Below are positions 1 through 8,400 of a DNA stretch of 64,000 bases, piece by piece. Each line of letters opens with the position of its first letter. The stretch's first letter is position 1. The stretch lies in the NCBI GenBank assembly GCA_016207885.1, contig JACQZE010000027.1, forward strand, positions 11,944-75,943. The letters run 5' to 3'. The position numbers were made by a program, and so were the translations under genes. This DNA comes from Nitrospirota bacterium (GTDB lineage Bacteria > Nitrospirota > Thermodesulfovibrionia > UBA6902). The notes beneath the pieces were generated by a model. It was given only the letters and a program-made list of their open reading frames with translations. It ran no database searches and was not told the origin of the DNA.

Positions 1-3000
1 CTGATAATCAATCCCCGTCCGCAATACAGGCATGGATAGATGCTGATGACAGCGGCACATACGAGCCGGACGAAAAATACGCCATGTCTGCAGTTAACGG
101 CTCTGACAGCACTTACAGTGACGGTAAGCTTTACAATAAGACACTTACCCTCTCTTATGTCGGCGACGGGGTCTACAATTACCGTTTTTACGCGAGTGAC
201 GGGAGCGCGGACGCAACAGGCAGCCCGGCGTCAAACAGCACTGTAACCGTACTCTCATCGGCAAACAATCCTCCTGTTCTTGAATGGATTGCGGCATCAT
301 GCCTGACAGATGGCGTAAAACCTGCGACAGGCCCGAACAACGGGGATTTTGAATTTATAATTAAATACACTGATCCGGACAATCAGTGTCCTCCAGCTGC
401 GAGCGATATCCAGGCGTGGGTGGATATAAATGACAACAGTTCTTATGAGCCGGGCGAGAAGTATAATCTGACAGAGGCCGATGTTTCAGACACCATATGC
501 TCTGACGGCAAGCTCTATAACGTAACACGTACGCTTTCACTTGCAGGCGACAATGTGTTGAATTACCGGTTCTATGCTACCGATGGGACTGATACGGCTA
601 TCGGTGACCCGATATCAAACAGCGCTGTTACGGTTGTTGACGCGCTTAAGGTCAGAACATCAGGCGGCACAGGCTGGTACAGTTCCATACAATCGGCCAT
701 AGATGCTATTGACGGCGCCCATACGGTGCTGGTCTATGAAGGGACGTACAACGAGAATCTTATCTTCAACGGGGCGCTTGACGGCTCCACCACGGTCCGG
801 TCGGTCTGCGGCGCTGACAGCACAATTATCAGCTCCACAGGGAATGTTGTTCTTACCCAGAATAACACCGGCAATGTGATTGACGGATTCAGTATTACCG
901 GCGGGACGATCGGTTTATATATAAATGCGGCAACTGCTACTGTCACAAACAGCAAGATATACGGAAACATAAACAGTGCAGCCGCAGGCGGCGGTGTCTA
1001 TGTCACTAATGCGGCATCAACTCTTACCATATCTAATTCTGAGATTTATTCTAATTCTGCCGCGAGCGGCGGCGGTATCTTTTATAACAGCGGGACAAAT
1101 CATGTGATCAGCAATTCAATTATCCGGGACAACACCGCAACCGGAAGCGGCGGCGGCATTTATCCGCAGAATGCTACATTGACCATAACCAACTCAACGG
1201 TCAGGGATAACAGCGCTGTAAGTCATGGCGGAGGGTTCTACAATAATGCTTCAAGCGTTGACTTCTCCAAGTGTAAGATCACCGGCAATACATCATCTGC
1301 TCTGGGCGGAGCTATGTATCTGGCGAATGCCTCAGCATCAGCGGATCTCGAAAACTGTATTGTAACAAGTAATCAGGGGACTCAGGGCGGCATGATCTAC
1401 ACTAATGGCGGCACGGCAAACATCATTAACTCTACCGTTGCAGCCAATCAGGCAACTACCGGCAGCGGCGGCGCTTTCCGCACATCAACGACAAGCGCCA
1501 TAACAGTAAGAAACAGCATACTCTGGAACAATATGGCTGCTACCGACGGACACCTCGCCTACTTCAACGGCGGCACATTAAATATAAATGATTCCGTTAT
1601 CGCAAGCGGCGGAGACGGTGTCTATACTGATGCTCCTTATATGGAAGGCACAATGACGCTGAATATCAGCGGTTATACGTCTGAACATGATCCTTTATTT
1701 GCGGATGCGTCAAACGGTGATTACCATGTTCAGGCTTCTTCGGACGCCATAGACAATGCCAATGCGACGTATGCTCCTGCTGATGACATTGACGGCGAGA
1801 GCAGGCCCCAGGGCAGCGCTGACGACATTGGCGCTGATGAATATACTTCTGACTGGAGCGCTCCGGTGCTGTCGTGGACAGGCGAGACGAATTACGCAAG
1901 TGACGGGGTAAATCCGAATAACGCGGCAAGCGGGAGCAGTTTTGAATTCCGGGTCAATTATACTGACGCAGACAATGAAGCTCCGTCAGCGATACAGGTA
2001 TGGGTAGATGAAGACGACAGCGGCACATATGAGTCAGATGAAAAATACAATATGACGGCAGTTGGCATTGATAATATATACAATGACGGTAAGCTGTATA
2101 CAAAGACACTTACACTCAGTCATGCCGGAGACGATGCCTTTAATTATCGTTTCTACGCATCTGACGGTGCGGCAGACGCAACAGGTTCTCCGACGTCAAA
2201 CGGCGTGGTTTCGGTAACAAATAATTATCCTGTATTGTCATGGACCGGCGAGGCTGATTACGCAAGTGACGGCGTGGATCCGAACATTAATGTGACCAGC
2301 GGCAGTTACGAGTTCAGGATCGATTATACCGACGAGGAAAATACAGCTCCTTCATTTATGGAAGTATGGGTGGATGAAGACGACAGCGGCACATATGAGC
2401 CCGGTGAAAAATACGTAATGACCGCAACTGACGGCGGAGATATTGATTACACTGACGGCAAGCGTTATGCGAAAACCTTGTCAATCAGTTACACGGGAGA
2501 CGGCATACTCAATTACCGTTTCTATGCCTCAGACGGGACTGATGACGCAACCGGCGCTCCTGCGTCCAATAGCACTCTCACTGTCGCAAACGTCCCGCTG
2601 CTTTCATGGACCGGCGAGGCAAATTATATAAGCGACGGCGTAAATCCGAACAGCGCTGTAAGCGGCAGCAGCTTTGAATTCCGTGTGAGTTACACTGACG
2701 CGGAAAATGACGCGCCTACGTCAATCCAAGCATGGGTGGACGAGGACGATAGCGGCACATATACGGCAGGTGAAAAATATGACATGACCGCTGTGGATGG
2801 CGGAGATACAGATTACACCGACGGCAAACTCTATACAAAGACATTGCCAATAACCAAGGCCGGAGATAATACGTTGAATTACAGGTTCTACGCGGCTGAC
2901 GGATCAGGAGAGGCTGCGGGCGATCCAACATCAAATAACACTTTAACTGTTACCAATAATATCCCCGCGCTTTCATGGACAGGGGAAACTAATTATGTGA

Positions 3001-5078
3001 CAGACGGAGTTGATCCGAACAGCGGAGGAAACGGCGCTGATTATATCTTCAGGGCAAAATACACCGATGCTGATGATGAAGCTCCAGGCCCGATTGAGGT
3101 ATGGGTTGATGAAGACGACAGCGGCACATATACAGCAGGTGAAAAATATTCAATGACGGTTTCCGGCGGGAACGGCGATTATACTGACGGTGAAGTATAT
3201 ACAAAGACGCTCGCGCTCTCTTACGCCGGAGACGGCGTTCTCAATTACAGGTTCTACGCCTCAGACGGGACAGACGCGGCAACAGGCGATCCGGTCTCTG
3301 ATAATACAGTTACAGTGTCCTTATCAGCTAACAGCGCGCCTGCTCTTGAATGGTATGCCGGGTCATGCCGGACTGAGGGAGTGAGGCCGTCCACAGGGGC
3401 AGGCGGCGCGGACTTTGAGTTCTGGGTTGAGTACACGGACGGTGAAAACGATTGTCCGCCGACCGCAAACGACATACAGGTCTGGATAGATGAGAATGAT
3501 AATACTTCATATGACGCTGGTGAGAAATATGATCTTACAGAGGATGATGCCGGTGATACGAACTGCGCGGACGGCAAGATATATAAAGTGACACGGGCGA
3601 TATCATTTGCAGGAGACGGATCTCTTAATCACAGATTTTATGCCTCTGACGGGACAGACCCTGCAACAGGCACGCCGACTTCTGACAGCACAGTAAACGT
3701 TGTGAATACGGCCTATAAAGTCAGGCCGTCAGGCGGCACAGGATGGTACAGCACGATAGCGAATGCCCTTACAGCTTCTCCTGCTTCAAGCACGGTACTG
3801 GTTTACCCGAATGCAGATTTTACGGCAGCCACCTATGCCGGCGGCCTCTCCAATATTAATAAGACAAACCGTACTCTTCAGTCTGTCTGCGGCGCGGATC
3901 TGACGGTCATTTCCGGCGGAGGCACTGTTTATAACCTCCAGGGCAATGACGGCGCGGTCATTGACGGGTTCACAATAACCGGCGGGACTACATACGGCAT
4001 TTACTCAAACAGCGATTCATTGACCGTCAAAAACAGCAAGATACATACGAATCCTACCGGCATACATCTGAACAATGGCTGTAATCCGGCAACTATACAG
4101 AACACATCCATTTACAGCAATACATCCTATGGCATAAATTCGCCAAGTGCTCTCAACCTCGTCAGCGTTACAAACAGCAATATATACAACAACGGCGGCG
4201 GCATCACCAACGGCCCGGGCATTAATCTGAATGGCGGTGCAGGAACACATATTATTACCAACGTATCGTTAACAGGCAATACGACTACCGGAAACGGCGG
4301 CGCGATTTACTGCGTCAACTGTGTTGTAACAATTGATAACAGCACCATAAATGACAACACAGCAGGCTCAGGCGGCGCACTCTACTTCCTGAATCCCAGC
4401 GTTAATGCAACCATTACTGATACCTTTATTCAGGGAAATGAAGCGACAGGCACGCTCGGCGGTGCGATCTACATGGGCAATGGCGCTGAGAGTCTGACAA
4501 ACGTCATGTTAACAGGCAACAAGGCCAACACTAACGGCGGCGCCATATATATTAATGGCGGGACGTCCAATTGTCTGTTCTGTACCCTTAGCGGCAACTA
4601 TGCCGGAGGTTACGGCGGCGCTCTTTATCAAAACAGCTCCACGCAGACTAATATCTGGAATAGTATCGTCTATAACAACGACGCTCTCAATGGGGGCAAC
4701 TATAAACAGATTTTTGCGACCAGCCCCAGGTACACATATGTTGATGTCTATAACACATTGATCGATCAGATACCGGGCGCTAATATCAGCGGCCCGCCTG
4801 ATCAGAGATCCAGCTATGAGAATATGGGCGGCAACCTGCATGAAGGAACAGACACTAATGAATTGCCGTATTTTGTGAACGGCCTGAATCCGGCTTCCGC
4901 ACCTGCCACCGGCGGCGACTACCGCATCTGCGGAGGAGTTGACGATCCGGCAGGCTGCACCGCCGCCTCATATTGCATAGACGCAGGCAGTGGAAGTTAT
5001 ACGTCTGACCATGACATCTACGGCAGCTCAAGGCCTCTTGGAGCAGGATATGACATGGGAGCGCATGAGAAAGAGTAA
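1..5078 (+). CDS. Giant secreted repeat protein, 5'-truncated at the window edge; two right-handed parallel beta-helix (pectin-lyase-fold) modules plus tandem ~120-aa repeat domains
   Basis: The reading frame is open from nt 3, so the listed ORF 84..5078 is only the C-terminal 1664 aa. Translation of nt 3-83 (…APSAIQAWIDADDSGTYEPDEKY) matches the internal repeat consensus. There are at least 8 copies of a ~120-aa unit (SWTGExNYxSDGVxPN…FEFRxxYTDxxNxAPSxIQVWVDEDDSGTYExGEKYxMT…DGKxYTKTL…NYRFYASDGxDxATGxP), and they are also near-identical at the DNA level. Two regions have NSxIxxN / GGGIY parallel beta-helix repeats, each ending in a DIDGxxRP…DIGAxEY-type motif. The protein ends …GAGYDMGAHEKE with no C-terminal TM segment. 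Confidence 0.8.
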   Translation, partial: DNQSPSAIQAWIDADDSGTYEPDEKYAMSAVNGSDSTYSDGKLYNKTLTLSYVGDGVYNYRFYASDGSADATGSPASNSTVTVLSSANNPPVLEWIAASCLTDGVKPATGPNNGDFEFIIKYTDPDNQCPPAASDIQAWVDINDNSSYEPGEKYNLTEADVSDTICSDGKLYNVTRTLSLAGDNVLNYRFYATDGTDTAIGDPISNSAVTVVDALKVRTSGGTGWYSSIQSAIDAIDGAHTVLVYEGTYNENLIFNGALDGSTTVRSVCGADSTIISSTGNVVLTQNNTGNVIDGFSITGGTIGLYINAATATVTNSKIYGNINSAAAGGGVYVTNAASTLTISNSEIYSNSAASGGGIFYNSGTNHVISNSIIRDNTATGSGGGIYPQNATLTITNSTVRDNSAVSHGGGFYNNASSVDFSKCKITGNTSSALGGAMYLANASASADLENCIVTSNQGTQGGMIYTNGGTANIINSTVAANQATTGSGGAFRTSTTSAITVRNSILWNNMAATDGHLAYFNGGTLNINDSVIASGGDGVYTDAPYMEGTMTLNISGYTSEHDPLFADASNGDYHVQASSDAIDNANATYAPADDIDGESRPQGSADDIGADEYTSDWSAPVLSWTGETNYASDGVNPNNAASGSSFEFRVNYTDADNEAPSAIQVWVDEDDSGTYESDEKYNMTAVGIDNIYNDGKLYTKTLTLSHAGDDAFNYRFYASDGAADATGSPTSNGVVSVTNNYPVLSWTGEADYASDGVDPNINVTSGSYEFRIDYTDEENTAPSFMEVWVDEDDSGTYEPGEKYVMTATDGGDIDYTDGKRYAKTLSISYTGDGILNYRFYASDGTDDATGAPASNSTLTVANVPLLSWTGEANYISDGVNPNSAVSGSSFEFRVSYTDAENDAPTSIQAWVDEDDSGTYTAGEKYDMTAVDGGDTDYTDGKLYTKTLPITKAGDNTLNYRFYAADGSGEAAGDPTSNNTLTVTNNIPALSWTGETNYVTDGVDPNSGGNGADYIFRAKYTDADDEAPGPIEVWVDEDDSGTYTAGEKYSMTVSGGNGDYTDGEVYTKTLALSYAGDGVLNYRFYASDGTDAATGDPVSDNTVTVSLSANSAPALEWYAGSCRTEGVRPSTGAGGADFEFWVEYTDGENDCPPTANDIQVWIDENDNTSYDAGEKYDLTEDDAGDTNCADGKIYKVTRAISFAGDGSLNHRFYASDGTDPATGTPTSDSTVNVVNTAYKVRPSGGTGWYSTIANALTASPASSTVLVYPNADFTAATYAGGLSNINKTNRTLQSVCGADLTVISGGGTVYNLQGNDGAVIDGFTITGGTTYGIYSNSDSLTVKNSKIHTNPTGIHLNNGCNPATIQNTSIYSNTSYGINSPSALNLVSVTNSNIYNNGGGITNGPGINLNGGAGTHIITNVSLTGNTTTGNGGAIYCVNCVVTIDNSTINDNTAGSGGALYFLNPSVNATITDTFIQGNEATGTLGGAIYMGNGAESLTNVMLTGNKANTNGGAIYINGGTSNCLFCTLSGNYAGGYGGALYQNSSTQTNIWNSIVYNNDALNGGNYKQIFATSPRYTYVDVYNTLIDQIPGANISGPPDQRSSYENMGGNLHEGTDTNELPYFVNGLNPASAPATGGDYRICGGVDDPAGCTAASYCIDAGSGSYTSDHDIYGSSRPLGAGYDMGAHEKE

Positions 5079-5306
5079 GATGTCAGTCTGCTGATTACAC
5101 AATAGAATAATTTAAGAATAAGTGAAGTTACCTTCCAGTGTCAGCACTGTTATTGCTACGCATTTTAACGTCCCGGTTAACTTTATAATTTTCCTGGTAA
5201 GCGATTTCCCTCATTAAATTGGGTCATATCAAATAGCTTTAATTGGCTAAGGCAATTACCCCCAGATAATCAGGTAATCACCTGATATGGTTTTTACCAT
5301 TATTTC

Positions 5307-5315
5307 TGCTATAAT
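5307..5315 (+). promoter_or_regulatory. Candidate extended -10 promoter element (TGcTATAAT) upstream of the multiheme cytochrome gene
   Basis: The exact TGnTATAAT motif tgcTATAAT lies at 5307-5315 in an AT-rich intergenic region, 124 nt upstream of the ATG at 5439. No good -35 is present, which fits an extended -10 promoter. Confidence 0.25.
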
Positions 5316-5408
5316 GTTGTAATTATTTTTATTATTATAACTTATTGTAATCTAAGGGAAAAGTGTATAAAAACACTCTTGAGTTTTGCAAATATGATGT
5401 ATACATTT

Positions 5409-5424
5409 TGGCAGAGTATTTGCT
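5409..5424 (+). promoter_or_regulatory. Candidate sigma-54 (-24/-12) promoter for the multiheme cytochrome gene
   Basis: The sequence tGGcag-agtat-tTGCt (5409-5424) fits TGGCAC-N5-TTGCW at all but one position. The predicted transcription start is about 5435-5437, only a few nt before the ATG at 5439, and no Shine-Dalgarno is visible, so the transcript would be near-leaderless. A sigma-54 activator gene is present in this window at 47067. Confidence 0.35.
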
Positions 5425-5438
5425 TGTAACATTATAAT

Positions 5439-8400
5439 ATGCGTAATTACAATAAGATAAAGCTCACCGTTATCGCATCAGGGTTACTACTGATGATTGC
5501 CATAACCGCTTATGCTCTTGATTATCCTCATTCTCCTGCGAATTATTATGATTGTACAACCTGTCATGATTTTTACAGCACTAATCCATATCTCATGACT
5601 GACTGGACAGGTGATTATGTTATGCAGGATGATGATGACACACCGGTAAACCATTTATGCCGGAGCTGCCATTACGGCGGCGGGCCTGCAGCAGCACATA
5701 ATGTTCACTCATATCTTGGAGTTGGATATGCAACATCTGCCTCCAGTCCTTATGGGGGGTGGCAGGTGCAATGTTCGACCTGTCACAACCCTCATTATCA
5801 GGAGCAGTTCAGCAAGTACCGGACAACAGCGGATCAGTACTGGGTAGTGAAGCTGCTTGTTGATACAGTGACGGTATCTGCCACATCCTCGACACTAAAG
5901 GCACAGGGAACGCCGAACTGGACAAATGACGCATATAAGGACATGAAGGTTTTCCCCAACATAAACGCGAAGTATCCTGTTGCGTATAAAATAACCGGAA
6001 ACACGTCAGACACATTGACAATAAAAGGCCAGGTTACAGGGGCTTCAAGCGGCAATACGTTTGCAATTATATACGGCAGGCTTATTCGCGGCCAGATATC
6101 TCTTGGCAGGATAATAAATCCTTTGAACGCAAAGAGCGGATTTAAGGCTGTCAAGTTCTTCAGAGACTCAGACAATAATTCCTTCTCGGACGGCAACGGT
6201 GTTTATGACGGAGTCTGCGAAGTATGCCACACAGAGACACAGCACTTTCAGAATGACGGAAGCTCCCCCAATCAGAATCATACAAATATAGGAGCGGTTG
6301 CGGGAACCGACTGTACCATGGCCTGTCATACGGCCGAAGCCGGGTTCAGGCCTTCATGTAATGTCTGCCACGGCTATCCGCCTGTTGTCAATACTGCAAC
6401 CGGTGCGCCGGACGGTTTGGCAAATAACCCGGCTGTCACCGGGTCAATCACCGCGGGCGCGCATAATAAACACGTAAACATAAAATCATTTTCATGCAAG
6501 GTCTGCCACAATGGAAGTGCCGGCAGCGGCTCGACACATGTTAATAATAATGTAACGATAGGATTTTCACTTTTTGACGGCGCATATCCAGGAGGTTCAT
6601 ATGATGGCCAGACAACAGTGGATTATGACAGCAGCTCTGTAAATACGTCGGTATCGAATTCCGGCAGTAAGACCTGCAGCAATATCTACTGTCATGGCAG
6701 GCTTCCTGATGGAACAATTTGGGGCGGAGGGGCCGGCACAACTCCGCAATGGGACGGTTCGGCAGCCTGCGCCTCCTGTCACGACACCGGCGGCTCCCAG
6801 AGCGCGCTAAGCGGCAAACACCGCAAACATACTGACGAATCCACGTATGCTTTTGCATGTGAAAAATGTCATTACGAGACTGCGTCTGGCAGCTCATCAA
6901 TAAGGAATGAGGCTTACCACGCCAACAATACAAAAGACCTTGTTTTTGCAAAGGGCGGTTCATTTGACAGCGGGATTAAATCGTGCACGAGCACATATTG
7001 TCACAGCAACGCAGGTGGAGGACCGCCAAATGTATCTGTTAAATGGACTGACGCCGCAAGCATGCAATGCGACTCATGCCATAACGGCAGGACGGGAGTA
7101 GAGACGCTTGAGATGATCTCTAACGGGCATGCGCGCCTTGTCAGCAGTCAATGGGTGAGACGATTTCCGTGTTATTACTGCCATGACAATACAGTTGACA
7201 CTTCAGACAATTTAAAAGACTACAGCAGGCATCTTAACGAAACCAAAGATATCGCCATCGCTTCAAACTGGAACATCACCGGAAAGCCTGCTCCAAGCTA
7301 CAATGCGGACACAAAGGTCTGCGACAATATTTACTGCCATAGCGACGGCACAACTGTTGATCCGCAGGTCAGGCCTTTCCCCTGGACTCAGGGGCATGCC
7401 AAATGCAACACATGTCACGGGCATGAACAGGGCACCTGCTCCACCTGCCACAATGACGGCAGAACCGGCTGGCCTGCGGGGCAGGAATGGAAATCCGCAA
7501 TGCCGATGTATACAAACACCGGGGCAGGCACTGAGAATGCTAACACGCACAAACGGCATCTGCTGACGGATTTTAATTGTGATAACTGCCATGCCAATAC
7601 TATCGCAAACGGCACCTGTACAACATGCCACAACGGCGGTACTCCCCAAGGCAGCATGGATGAGGTCAATCACATCAATCCGGCTTATCACGTAAATAAG
7701 GTCAAGGATGTCGTCTTCAAAAACGGAGGCACCTACAACCAGGTTAACAAGACATGTTCCAACACAGCCTGCCATACCGGTTCTGATCCACAGTGGGGCG
7801 ATTCGGTTAATAATCTTGTGCTTTGTTTTACTTGCCACGGCGTTTCAGGTGCGGACGTGGACGATTTCACCAAGTTCAACAGCACACGCGCCAAGATCAA
7901 TCTGACCGAATGGGAAACCACCGGACATGGACGGCCGTCATCCGCAGGCAATTACACTTCAGGAAATCCCCCGGCAAATTTCCCCGGGAATCCATGCTGG
8001 TACTGTCATGACAATAATGTGCTTCACAATGATTCTTCAAACCCGTTTCGGCTGAAGCAGCACCAGCAGTTTGCAAGCCGTTTTGAAAAAGAATGCATTT
8101 ACTGCCATATGGAAGGACAGGACGCTGAATGCCTGAACTGTCATAACGCGTCTAATTCCCTCGCCCCGCAGCTTTCGACCATTACAGATCCTCCTTTTTC
8201 ACAGGATCATTCGGAGTATACAAACGGGCAGACGTCTTGTGTCGCTGTTTGTCATGCAACCGACGAACAGAGGCATAAGACTGGAGCAGGCCTGTGGACT
8301 GCCGAACAGAAGGTGGACATAAAAAACCAGTACGTGATGATGGGCGTATGTCTTAAGTGCCATGATGACGACAGTAATGGGAAATGCAACCAGTGTCATA

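Noticed and set aside
40-246. 68-aa ORF at the window start, plus other short plus-strand ORFs overlapping the big genes out of frame (for example 2443-2631, 3190-3384, 4555-4761).
   Set aside because: They are out of frame within the giant repeat-protein gene, whose frame is open from nt 3 and matches the internal repeat consensus.
5434-5439. Perfect TATAAT hexamer immediately before the cytochrome start codon.
   Set aside because: It overlaps the ATG itself, leaving no room for a transcript leader from it. More plausible elements, the extended -10 at 5307 and the sigma-54 site at 5409, lie upstream.
7263-7838. 191-aa ORF on the minus strand inside the multiheme cytochrome gene. Similar antisense ORFs occur at 3254-3577, 19138-19566, 36945-37619, 45633-46160, 49062-49496 and 52832-53407.
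   Set aside because: All lie entirely within strongly supported genes on the other strand, have low-complexity composition skewed to Pro/Arg/Cys/Ser typical of antisense frames, and have no ribosome-binding sites or recognisable motifs. They are judged spurious.
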